A DNA stretch of 64,000 bases. Source: an uncultured bacterium. GTDB taxonomy: Bacteria > SAR324 > XYD2-FULL-50-16. The notes beneath the pieces are model-generated. The model saw only the letters and a list, made by a program, of their open reading frames with translations. It did not search any database and was not told where the DNA came from. Numbering within the stretch: position 1 is the stretch's first letter; each line of letters opens with the position of its first letter. The DNA lies in the NCBI GenBank assembly GCA_965602905.1, contig CBFCZY010000006.1, positions 103,125 through 167,124 on the forward strand, given 5' to 3'. The position numbers were made by a program, and so were the translations under genes. Shown here in pieces: positions 49,319-58,419 of the stretch.

Positions 49319-49959
49319 ACACACAGAGGAGGTCATGGGGTGAAAAGATCGCAAGTGGTGCATCCTCCCATTCTGGCTTAAAGTATGAGTTTCAGAGGTA
49401 CCTGTTCCCCCTTTCCATAGGGCTGCGTGGCATTTAGTGCAACTGGGGGCACGTGACCCTTTTAAATCGTCGCCGTGACAGGAAGAACTTGAACATGAGG
49501 TCTCTGGAGTGCTGGTATTCGCCCGTGCTTCATCCCTTTAAAGCTTTGCACATGCAAGTCAGTATAACTGCCGCTAGTTACTGAATGTTGATCATTTTGC
49601 TCTTCTTGGGCAGGAAACCACAAGAAACAGCGAAATTACCAGAATAAGGGTAGTGTAAAAAAAAATGTGACTTGGGACCAGTTGAACCTAAAAGATTTGA
49701 ATTAACGACTAAAATAGTCACAGCCCTGTTACAAAACAAGGCTTAGCCAGTGACTTTTACGCAAATCCAATAGAAATATTAACTTTTGCTAGGGGAAAAT
49801 CCCTAATTGGTTCGAGACTAGATAGAAATAGGTTCATCTAGCTTTAGATTCCCTCAAGTTTAAGCTAGGTTCAACAAGTATAAAATGGCAGGTAAAGATT
49901 CTTTAAAGGAAAAAGAAAATGCACCAGTAGGCTGTGGAAGTTGGTAATTTGCCTCTGAC

Positions 49960-50697
49960 CTAGAAGCGGTAGTGAATACCCATAGTTACCATATTAAAAG
50001 CGCTTACCATGTCAAAAGATCGAGTATCACTAACGCTAGTCGCTGTATCTGTAGTGCTGCCAACGGTGTTACATGTTTGGTTCATATTTACTTCACCGCT
50101 AATTGGATCGGAAGCTTGCCAATATTTTTGCATGAAAAAGCCAAATTGATTCACAGTAATACCAGCACCTAGTAAAAAGGGAATCGTGTAAACAGAGTCA
50201 GTGGTACCTGTTGCCGAGCCTTGGCAAAAGGAAGTTGTGCCATCTAAAAGTCTGGTTACACCAATTTTATTGGATTCTAAAGTCATATAATTGGACATGT
50301 AACCTGTAGAGGCCCAAAGCTGGAGGCCCATAAAACTATCGCTCGACCAAGTGTATCCTAGCAAGGTGCCGTAGGCGACATGTTGAACATTATCGATGAT
50401 AATTGAAGTTTCAGTAGTCCCAATATCAGAGGTGCTTTCGCTTTCACTGCTATTAGTAAAGGTACTATTGTAGATTACCGCACCAACGGAGATGTTACCC
50501 CAGCCTTCAGGGCGAACCATAAAGTAACTGGTAGTGGCGTCAGAAGAGTTTACCCCAGTGTATTTACTTGTCCCACGTGACAGGGCCACAAATCCCTTTT
50601 CAGCGCCAACACTAAGCAGACTTTCCTCCTGGGCAAATAAAGGATTAGCAAAGGTCAGATAGAAAACTGTGAGTATGAGTGTGGTTAAAAATCTCAT
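49960..50697 (-). CDS. Putative small outer-membrane beta-barrel protein.
   Basis: Signal peptide ...ANPLFAQEES, alternating amphipathic beta-strands, and a C-terminal ...GIHYRF with an aromatic terminus. Confidence 0.45.
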   Translation of the reverse strand: MRFLTTLILTVFYLTFANPLFAQEESLLSVGAEKGFVALSRGTSKYTGVNSSDATTSYFMVRPEGWGNISVGAVIYNSTFTNSSESESTSDIGTTETSIIIDNVQHVAYGTLLGYTWSSDSFMGLQLWASTGYMSNYMTLESNKIGVTRLLDGTTSFCQGSATGTTDSVYTIPFLLGAGITVNQFGFFMQKYWQASDPISGEVNMNQTCNTVGSTTDTATSVSDTRSFDMVSAFNMVTMGIHYRF

Positions 50698-50948
50698 ATT
50701 TCTCCAATAGGTATTTTTTTAATATATCCTAATCAGCTTAATATCCCAAGTCTTTTTAATTAGAAGACTGTTACTTAAATCATAGACTCCAAAAAAATAG
50801 CAATTTGTAGGGGGGTGGTAGAGACGAATTTGCACTTATAAATTAAACCGTATGGGTCAATGAAAACTTCAAATTAGTATGGCAGTATTTGGTTTTATAA
50901 TCGGCTCCTTTATGACATAGTGAAAGAAATTCGTAAATTTAAGGTGAA

Positions 50949-53096
50949 ATGGAAAAGTTTAAAGAAGATCTATACAATGCAATTGTCTACAGTTATGGAA
51001 AAATTTTATCTAAATATGACCCTACTTCTTACGAAGTTTTAATCAAAGAAATTGGCAAAGAGCTACAAGAATATTTGAGTGATGCAGGCCATGCAATAGA
51101 GGCTTCAGGGACGGTTGAAGATGTGAATAAAGTTGTCGAATTATTTGTTAAAAACGGCTTTGCATCAAAAATTGAAGTTTCCCCTGGTGAAAATGCCGAT
51201 AAGATCAAATGGTTTGATCTATATGGGATGGACGCTTATGAAAAGTTACAAAAAGAAACGGCAAATCCTTTTTTAAGCTGCCCCCTTAATGCTGTTTTAT
51301 ATAACATTGCCAGTCAACATGGGAAAACTCTAAAGCTATATTCAAAAAACTTTGATCACAATACGGGAATCACCGAGTCAGAAGAAGGACTTGTTGATGC
51401 AATCCTTCCAGATAAAGAATTTACAGGTATTCCTTTAGAGTCCAATAAGTTATATGAGCTCGCCAGTGAGCAACGTGAAAGACTTGAATATTCCCTTCGC
51501 AGGCTACAGCAAGAAGTTGCTGACCATAAAACAACTGAAAAAGAGCTGACAGAACAAAAGGACTTACTAAATCAAATCATTGATAATATCCCAATCAACC
51601 TCTATTTAAAAGACTTTGATTCAAAGCATCTTTTGGTAAATAAAGAAGCTTGTAAGACAATGGGTGGGGATAAGGAAAAGATTATTGGAAAAACCGCTAT
51701 AGAGATTTTAGGGAAGGAACTAGGAACAATATTAGTGGATGACGACCAGAAAGTATTCAAAGGGCAAAAGTCCGTTGAATATGAAGAAGATTTTATCGTT
51801 GATGGCCAAACAAAACGCATGTTGGGTCAAAAAATCCCCCTCACGTTAAAAGGAAATAAAGACCCGTTCCTGCTTGGCTATTCTGTAGATATTACAGATA
51901 GAGTTAAGAAAGAAGTTCAATTAAAACAGGCCAAGAAAGAGGCGGAGTTAGCAAACAAGGCAAAATCAAATTTTTTAGCAACCATGAGCCATGAACTGCG
52001 TACCCCTATGAATGGTGTTTTAGGTATGGCTCAACTTCTTTTAGAGACTGAGTTAAATGATGACCAGCAAATGTTCTGTGAAACGATTGTCCAATCGGGG
52101 CAATCCTTAACAAAAATTTTATCAGATATTTTAAATCTCTCCAAAATTGAAGCTGGTAAGTTGGGCGTAAACCCTGAGCCAGTTGACTTGGTGGAACAAT
52201 CACGGGAAATAATCCAGCTCTTTTCAGGGAGTGCCAAGGCCAAGGGCCTAAGTTTGATTTTTAATTACGATATTACCTTTTCAGACAGGCTCATATTAGA
52301 CCCCCAGTTATTAAAACAAGTCATGAGCAATCTCATTGCCAATGCAATTAAATTTACTGACAAGGGCCAAGTTGAATTTTCTTTTTCCGTTCTGGCTAAA
52401 GCCCAAAAAACACAAAAAATTAGAATCGAAATCAAGGATACTGGAGTAGGAATTTCAAAGAAGGACCAAACCAAAATTTTCAGCCCCTTTACCCAAGTAG
52501 ATGACTCTTCTACTCGGCAACACGAGGGGACAGGTTTAGGCCTTACAATTTGTCAAAATATCCTTCATCTGATGGGAAGTAAGTTGGAGGTCCAAAGCAA
52601 ACTGGGCGAGGGAAGTCTGTTCTTTTTTGAATTAAGTTTACCCTATATTGATAGTGAACCTGTAGTTGAAATAGACACTGCCGTAAAATCTAAAACTCGG
52701 TCTTCAGAATACAAAGGTAAGAAGGTTTTAATTGTTGAAGATGATCCAAATAACCAGCTGTTAATCAGGTATGCTTTTAATTTGTGGGGTATTACCTTTG
52801 ATCTTGTTTCAAGTGGTTTTGATGCTATAAAAGCTGTTAAAAAAGAAACTTACAATTTGATTTTAATGGATATTTTGATGCCCAAAATGGATGGATTTGA
52901 AACGACAATCAAAATTAGAGAATTAGAAAAAGAACAAAAAAGCCCAAGGCAACCTATTATTGCCTTTACTGCAAAGGCAATGGATGAAGATAAAAAGCAG
53001 GCCTTTGCTGTGGGCATGGATGATTTTATCACAAAACCTGTCATCACCAAAATTTTAAAAGAAAAGGTTGCCCAGTGGATGCTACCTCTTCAGTAG
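50949..53096 (+). CDS. Cytoplasmic hybrid histidine kinase (N-terminal unknown domain, PAS, HisKA, HATPase_c, receiver).
   Basis: H-box SHELRTPMNGVLGMAQLL, N-box LIANAIKFT, G-boxes DTGVGI and GTGLGLTIC, and receiver VLIVEDDPNN...LILMDILMPKMDG...IAFTA...FITKPV. An AAGGTGA ribosome-binding site precedes the start. Confidence 0.85.
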   Translation: MEKFKEDLYNAIVYSYGKILSKYDPTSYEVLIKEIGKELQEYLSDAGHAIEASGTVEDVNKVVELFVKNGFASKIEVSPGENADKIKWFDLYGMDAYEKLQKETANPFLSCPLNAVLYNIASQHGKTLKLYSKNFDHNTGITESEEGLVDAILPDKEFTGIPLESNKLYELASEQRERLEYSLRRLQQEVADHKTTEKELTEQKDLLNQIIDNIPINLYLKDFDSKHLLVNKEACKTMGGDKEKIIGKTAIEILGKELGTILVDDDQKVFKGQKSVEYEEDFIVDGQTKRMLGQKIPLTLKGNKDPFLLGYSVDITDRVKKEVQLKQAKKEAELANKAKSNFLATMSHELRTPMNGVLGMAQLLLETELNDDQQMFCETIVQSGQSLTKILSDILNLSKIEAGKLGVNPEPVDLVEQSREIIQLFSGSAKAKGLSLIFNYDITFSDRLILDPQLLKQVMSNLIANAIKFTDKGQVEFSFSVLAKAQKTQKIRIEIKDTGVGISKKDQTKIFSPFTQVDDSSTRQHEGTGLGLTICQNILHLMGSKLEVQSKLGEGSLFFFELSLPYIDSEPVVEIDTAVKSKTRSSEYKGKKVLIVEDDPNNQLLIRYAFNLWGITFDLVSSGFDAIKAVKKETYNLILMDILMPKMDGFETTIKIRELEKEQKSPRQPIIAFTAKAMDEDKKQAFAVGMDDFITKPVITKILKEKVAQWMLPLQ

Positions 53097-53122
53097 TCAG
53101 GTATTGAAATTCTACCCCAGTG

Positions 53123-53722
53123 CTATAGAAACCTTTCTAGTATCTCTGGGTTTTTTAAAAATGCTAATGCGACCAATACAAAAATTACCAGCATATTGAA
53201 TAAGATCCCATTGTAAATAAGACCTAAAAGGCCTACCAATCCATGGGAAACTTTCCCCCAGAGGCTTCGTTCCGTATTTGTAACATTTATCAGTTTGATA
53301 GATTTAATTTTTTTATTTAGTTCAACTACAGTAGCAACCATATCTTCCTTATTGCTTTCATCGTTATAGTTGTTCTCAACTTTTTGTGTTAAGGAGAGTA
53401 ACTCTGAAATCTGTTTATCAAACTGACCATAAGGGTTTTTTAATTCATGTGATAAATCTTTAAGAGTTTCGGTAAATTTTGTCTTTTGCTCATGTGATAA
53501 GAAATGAGTTACTTGCACCTGTAAAATTGCAGCTTCAACAACTTCATTCAAATTATAACTTATATCAGAGCTAATGTTATTTTTCTTTAGTGAGGCAGAT
53601 AAACTTTGCGTTAGAATTTCTTCATTAAGTACATTTCCATTTGCAATATTACTTAATAAAATTTCAGCTGATTCCTGGATGGGTGTATAGAATGGAACAG
53701 CAGTTGATTTCTTTTTAAACAT
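53123..53722 (-). CDS. Hypothetical Asn/Lys-rich protein with a C-terminal TM anchor, in an AT-rich segment.
   Basis: A 199-aa ORF ending in LFNMLVIFVLVALAFL. The local composition is AT-rich. No recognisable domain. Confidence 0.35.
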   Translation of the reverse strand: MFKKKSTAVPFYTPIQESAEILLSNIANGNVLNEEILTQSLSASLKKNNISSDISYNLNEVVEAAILQVQVTHFLSHEQKTKFTETLKDLSHELKNPYGQFDKQISELLSLTQKVENNYNDESNKEDMVATVVELNKKIKSIKLINVTNTERSLWGKVSHGLVGLLGLIYNGILFNMLVIFVLVALAFLKNPEILERFL

Positions 53723-54105
53723 AATTTTTTGATATCTATAGTTTTTGATTAAGTTAAGTATTTCATTGAAAATATATTAACCTTGTATTGACTTTTTATT
53801 ACAGATTATATTTTTTTGCAAAGAAATACTCGTTTCATTTGATTTAAAAATGGAATATTCCAAAAAATAAAGTAACTACAAAACCTTCTGAATTTAAAAA
53901 AAACAACAATTATACAAATGTTGGCTTTGTTACAATGTTTTTGTTGGATTTCCTGAAAAAGTGCGCTATTGTTCAGGAAAACTTGTGAGCTTTTTTTACA
54001 GTACTCAAAACTTGGCCACAAGAGATAATTAATTAAGTCGTAATATGGGATTAAGGGGAAACCATAAAGGTTTTCTGAAGATTCACTTTTAAATCGAGTT
54101 AGGCT

Positions 54106-54639
54106 GTGAAGAAAAATCAATTAGCAGTTTTTGTATTTTTAGGGCTTCTGGTAATAGCAGGGTTAGTTTTTGTAAATTTAATCCAAGCATCTAAAGCCTT
54201 ATCCTACTTTTCCAGTGACCCCAAAGCCTGCATCAATTGCCACGTTATGAACACGCAATATGCCAGTTGGCAACACAGCGCCCACGCTAGTGTGGCAACC
54301 TGTGTTGACTGCCACTTACCTGCGGGCCAAGGCTTGGCGAAATATATGGCAAAGGCTCGCGATGGCTGGAATCACTCCTACGCTTTAACGGCAGGCACCT
54401 ACAAAAGTGCAATTCAAAATAGTAAAGACGGCGGGGAGCGAGTGCAAAAAAACTGCATCCGTTGCCACAGCACATTAGTCACGACACTTAAAAATAACTC
54501 TGAATTGAATCATGGAATTCAGGGGAATGAAATAGAGGCAGATCAAAACTGTTGGCACTGCCACAGGGATGTACCTCATGGTAAAGCTAGAGGGATCACT
54601 TCAGTTCCCTATAACCTTGGTGTAAAAGATGTTAATTAA
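54106..54639 (+). CDS. nrfH: NrfH, the membrane tetrahaem cytochrome c quinol dehydrogenase (NapC/NirT family) and small subunit of cytochrome c nitrite reductase.
   Basis: An N-terminal TM helix and four CXXCH motifs (CINCH, CVDCH, CIRCH, CWHCH). It lies immediately upstream of nrfA. GTG start. Confidence 0.88.
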   Translation: MKKNQLAVFVFLGLLVIAGLVFVNLIQASKALSYFSSDPKACINCHVMNTQYASWQHSAHASVATCVDCHLPAGQGLAKYMAKARDGWNHSYALTAGTYKSAIQNSKDGGERVQKNCIRCHSTLVTTLKNNSELNHGIQGNEIEADQNCWHCHRDVPHGKARGITSVPYNLGVKDVN

Positions 54640-54651
54640 AGGGAGAAACAG

Positions 54652-56160
54652 ATGAAATTAAAATTTTTGACTGCAAGCTTGGTGGTCGCCATCTTTGCTA
54701 TGATCTTCATGACCCAGAGTGTCTTGACCAAAGAAAATGAAAGGGTTGCGTTAAATAAGACTCCACAAATTGCAGAGCCTTACAAAAATGAATCCTATAA
54801 AAACAAGTTTCCCCGCCAATATGAATCTTGGCATGGGACCAAAGAAAGCGATGACATCCAAGATCTACTGGAAGGTAACCCCCAATTACCTGTAATTTGG
54901 GCTGGTTATGGTTTTTCTAAAGACTATAATGCTCCTCGTGGGCATGCCTATGCGCTGCAAGACAATGTGAATACCCTAAGAACAGGTGCACCTGTTGATA
55001 GCAAAACAGGACCCATGCCTAAATCATGCTGGACTTGCAAATCTCCTGATGTCGTTCGACTGATTAAAGAGGTAGGTGAAAAGGAATTTTTTGCTGGCAA
55101 ATGGGCCGCCTATGGTGATGAAATTGTAAATACTCTTGGCTGTGCCGACTGCCATAACCCTGAAGATATGTCTTTGGCTGTGGGCCGACCCCATTTAAAC
55201 AAGGGTCTGGAAGCTGCCGGTTTAGCAAAGTTTGAAAATTCCTCACACCAAGAAAAACGTTCTCTCGTTTGCGCCCAGTGTCACTCTGAATACTACTTTA
55301 ATAAAGTGAAATGGACTGACCCCGCAGGCAAGGATAAGGTTTCAGCTATTGTAACTTACCCATGGGCCAACGGCACCTCTGCTGAAAGTATGGAAGAATA
55401 TTACGATAATATAAATTTCAAAGACTGGACCCATAAGATCTCAAAAACACCTATGCTCAAAGCCCAGCACCCTGGTTGGGAAATCGCCAGAACTGGGATT
55501 CACGCAAAAAATGGTGTTGCCTGTGCCGATTGTCACATGCCCTATGTTCAAGAAGGTATGGTGAAGTATTCAAGTCACAAGGTGGGCAGTCCTGTAGATA
55601 ATATGGACCAAACCTGCATGAATTGTCACAGAGGTAAATCAGAGCAGTTAGGTAAGATTATTGCCGAAAAGAAAGTCCGCAAGGAAATCTTAATGGGCAT
55701 GACCATGGATAACCTAGCAAAGGCTCACCTTGAAACGGGTAAGGCCTTGAAACTTGGGGCAACGGCTGCCGAAGTAAAAGAGATTCAAACTCACATCCGC
55801 CATGCACAATGGAGATGGGACTACTCAATTGCCAGCCATGGGTCTTTTTTCCATGCACCAGAAGAAACCTTGAAGCTATTAGCCTCTGCCAATGAAATTG
55901 CCCAGCAGGCAAGATTGAAGTTGGTTCGCTTGCTTGCAAAATATGGCTCTGCCAACTACGTTGCACCTGATTTTTCTACTAAAGCAAAAGCCCAGAAATT
56001 GGCTGGTGTTCCCCTTCAGAAACTCGTGGATGCAAAGATGCATTTCAAAGCAACGTTAGAGAAGGAATGGCTTAAGAGCGCCGTTAGTAAAGGGAACTTG
56101 AATATGGAAACTCGTGAAGGGGTTGATACCAAGTCCTCTTATTTTGATAACACCAAATAA
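54652..56160 (+). CDS. nrfA: NrfA, the pentahaem cytochrome c552 nitrite reductase (ammonia-forming).
   Basis: Has the NrfA-specific active-site haem motif CWTCK (CXXCK) and four CXXCH motifs (CADCH, CAQCH, CADCH, CMNCH). Signal peptide. An AGGGAG ribosome-binding site precedes the start. Confidence 0.92.
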   Translation: MKLKFLTASLVVAIFAMIFMTQSVLTKENERVALNKTPQIAEPYKNESYKNKFPRQYESWHGTKESDDIQDLLEGNPQLPVIWAGYGFSKDYNAPRGHAYALQDNVNTLRTGAPVDSKTGPMPKSCWTCKSPDVVRLIKEVGEKEFFAGKWAAYGDEIVNTLGCADCHNPEDMSLAVGRPHLNKGLEAAGLAKFENSSHQEKRSLVCAQCHSEYYFNKVKWTDPAGKDKVSAIVTYPWANGTSAESMEEYYDNINFKDWTHKISKTPMLKAQHPGWEIARTGIHAKNGVACADCHMPYVQEGMVKYSSHKVGSPVDNMDQTCMNCHRGKSEQLGKIIAEKKVRKEILMGMTMDNLAKAHLETGKALKLGATAAEVKEIQTHIRHAQWRWDYSIASHGSFFHAPEETLKLLASANEIAQQARLKLVRLLAKYGSANYVAPDFSTKAKAQKLAGVPLQKLVDAKMHFKATLEKEWLKSAVSKGNLNMETREGVDTKSSYFDNTK

Positions 56161-56173
56161 GTAAGTTAGTCTG

Positions 56174-56205
56174 CTTTAGAACTTTTAGAGATAGAAGTTC
56201 TAAAG
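56174..56205 (+). terminator. Perfect 11-bp stem-loop ctttagaactt-N10-aagttctaaag after nrfA.
   Basis: An AT-rich but perfect stem 14 nt after the nrfA stop. No strong T-tract. Confidence 0.4.
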
Positions 56206-56299
56206 TAAGAGTGGGGAACTGCTGACTCGCCTTATTGCATCAATCTTATAGAGATTGTTTTACGCATTTGTTGGTTCAGGCCTTTTCAGGCTGTCTTCA

Positions 56300-56728
56300 T
56301 CAACGGACACAACGCACATAGTGGGACTCACTTTTAGGGGGGCCTTGCAGATTACCATATAAAAGATTGACTATCATGGCACCGTTAACAGAATTGGGTT
56401 TAGTGGATGATGTCCAATACATGCTGGATAATGCATTTGGGAAAAAGGTAGTATCAGTCGTCGGGGCCGAAGTTTTACTATAGTCTATCAGGCTTTGTAG
56501 CTCATTCTGGTTGGGTAACCGCCAATCTGCGTAAGTCGCATGGGTCAAGCCTTCGCAGTGGCTTAAAGCTAACTCCCAGATCATAGTAGTTGTTTCTGTC
56601 TTTACCCACATTAGGTCTGTGCTGCTATCAGAAATGGTATCATCGCCATTATCTGTAAAACTAGCTCCGTAGCTTTGACCTACATAAAAAAACAAGATTA
56701 CTAACCATAGAATTAATTTTAATTTCAT
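56300..56728 (-). CDS. Secreted DUF1566 (Lcl C-terminal-like) domain protein.
   Basis: Signal peptide, then ...TDNGDDTISDSSTDLMWVK...ALSHCEGLTHATYADWRLPNQNELQSL... matching the DUF1566 pattern. Confidence 0.6.
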   Translation of the reverse strand: MKLKLILWLVILFFYVGQSYGASFTDNGDDTISDSSTDLMWVKTETTTMIWELALSHCEGLTHATYADWRLPNQNELQSLIDYSKTSAPTTDTTFFPNALSSMYWTSSTKPNSVNGAMIVNLLYGNLQGPPKSESHYVRCVR

Positions 56729-56798
56729 CCCTATTCCTTTATAAAAAATTGATTTTGTTTTATTGAGTCCCTAAAGACCAAGCCCGCAAGGGCTGACC

Positions 56799-58019
56799 TT
56801 AACGGGCACAACGACTATAGATAGTTGTAGCGGTGGTCTTATTGCTAGGCCAAACCTCAGTGCTGCCAAAGTTCAAACGCCAAGCTTGCGCTGTGTCGAT
56901 TCCATAGGTAGTGCCGGACCAATAGTCACTGCCTATTGTACCGGGAAAAAAAGTACCATTAATTCTAGGGGCAGCGGCCCCAATATCTGTGATCCTAAGT
57001 ATTTCCGTCACAGTTGGTAGCCTCCAGTCTGAATAGGTGGCATGGGTAAGACCAGTGCAATAGGCCTTAGCATCGGTCCAATTGGATTGGATCGCTGTGC
57101 CAGTTGCGCAATTTGTACCACTTAATCCACTTGAACACTGGGCCCACATCACGCCCGTATTATTGTCCTTTACAGTCCCATCTCCATTGTCAGTATAGCT
57201 TTGTTGGTTGACGGTGTTATACTGGGAATCTTGACCGTAAAAGGCTGACCCTGAGCTTGGGCAGGCTAATATAGCTGTTGCATCATAGCATAGGATTTGC
57301 CCTGTATCTGCCATTTTTGGAATAACAACTAGGTCTATTGAGTAGTTTTGCGTGCTCGAATCGGCCGCGTTAACCTGATAAGTCACGGGACTACTAAAAT
57401 CATTCGCTGTTGTGCCACTGGTTTGCTCGTTTACGCCAACGGTTACTTTTAAGCCATCGTGTGTGAAGGTGGCTATTAACGCTGATATATCTGTGCCATA
57501 AAACAGGGTTCCCGTAGTGATAGTAGTGCCTGATATGGTCCCTACCAGATCTTTGGAAAGGGCTGCATTTTTAGCAGATGTAAGAGAAAAGGCAGACATC
57601 GACTTGGCCGTAGACAAGGTTGCCACTGTTACGGTTACAGTATATTTTTGGGAAGTGCCATTTGCAGCAGTAATGGTATAAACTACAGGGTTCCTAAAGT
57701 CATTGCTTGTGGTATCACTTAACTGGGCCAAGGTACTCACCTCTATTTTGGTTCCATCCGTAGTGAAGCTGGCAATGAGAGCTGTGACATCCGTTCCCAC
57801 TGGCGCATCTAGGGTTATTACATCATCTCCCACGGTTCCAGTAAGATCCCCTGTTAGGGCTGAGTTGTTTGCTTTAGTAAAAGAAAAGGCAGAAATTGTT
57901 TTAAGATCACTCTGAGTGTTGGATGTAACCTCGCCTTCATCTTTTTTGCAACCTGAGAAAATGAGAATGAAAAATAATACCGAAAGCATTATTTTGATTG
58001 CTTTTATTTGATTTTTCAT
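56799..58019 (-). CDS. Lipoprotein with two Ig-like repeats of about 90 aa and a C-terminal DUF1566 domain.
   Basis: Lipobox FSGC. The two repeats are SAFSFTKANNSALTGDL...YTVTVTV and SAFSLTSAKNAALSKDL...YSIDLVV. The C-terminal domain is DNGDGTVKDNNTGVMWAQC...AYCTGLTHATYSDWRLPTVTEI. Confidence 0.6.
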   Translation of the reverse strand: MKNQIKAIKIMLSVLFFILIFSGCKKDEGEVTSNTQSDLKTISAFSFTKANNSALTGDLTGTVGDDVITLDAPVGTDVTALIASFTTDGTKIEVSTLAQLSDTTSNDFRNPVVYTITAANGTSQKYTVTVTVATLSTAKSMSAFSLTSAKNAALSKDLVGTISGTTITTGTLFYGTDISALIATFTHDGLKVTVGVNEQTSGTTANDFSSPVTYQVNAADSSTQNYSIDLVVIPKMADTGQILCYDATAILACPSSGSAFYGQDSQYNTVNQQSYTDNGDGTVKDNNTGVMWAQCSSGLSGTNCATGTAIQSNWTDAKAYCTGLTHATYSDWRLPTVTEILRITDIGAAAPRINGTFFPGTIGSDYWSGTTYGIDTAQAWRLNFGSTEVWPSNKTTATTIYSRCAR

Positions 58020-58419
58020 ACGATTTTACCCTATCTTAATAAATTGATTTTTTAGTAAGATAACAACGGTATTTAAAATATACTATAGCGAGAAATACCT
58101 AGTAACCAGACCTCAATGAACTTTCTCCCCTTTGAAACCTTATTTTACAAGTAAGTAACTAAACTAGTTTCCTTTTAGCCCTCCCCCTCCCAGCTCATTA
58201 AACAGGCCAACAGATTATTTTAAACTATATATTTTTCTGAAATGGTTGAGTCCAAGGTTTTAAAAACAAAAATAGGCACCCTCACCTACTAGGTATTTAT
58301 CGCTATGGCGCTAACAGCTAGGGTTTGATATATTTCGAGAACTTGATAATAACGCCCGACTTCAAAGTCGGAGTATATAATCAGATTCAAGCTAGTTAAA
58401 AACTCTTTAGGACTTTGTT

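Noticed and set aside
49395-49445. RNase P RNA-like motifs (CCATAGGGC, AGTGCAAC, GGCTTA)
   Set aside because: The defining P4 strands (GGAAAGTCCGGGC and ACAGAAnCCGGCTTA) are absent or in the wrong order, so this is not rnpB. It is kept only as a generic possible-ncRNA region.
53984-54000. CRP/FNR-type site TGTGA-N7-TTACA upstream of nrfH
   Set aside because: The spacing is 7 rather than 6 and the right half-site is degenerate. It is too weak to call as a feature.
53806-54120. 104-aa ORF on the minus strand overlapping the nrfH start
   Set aside because: It lies in the AT-rich promoter region, has low-complexity composition and overlaps a confident gene start. It is likely spurious.
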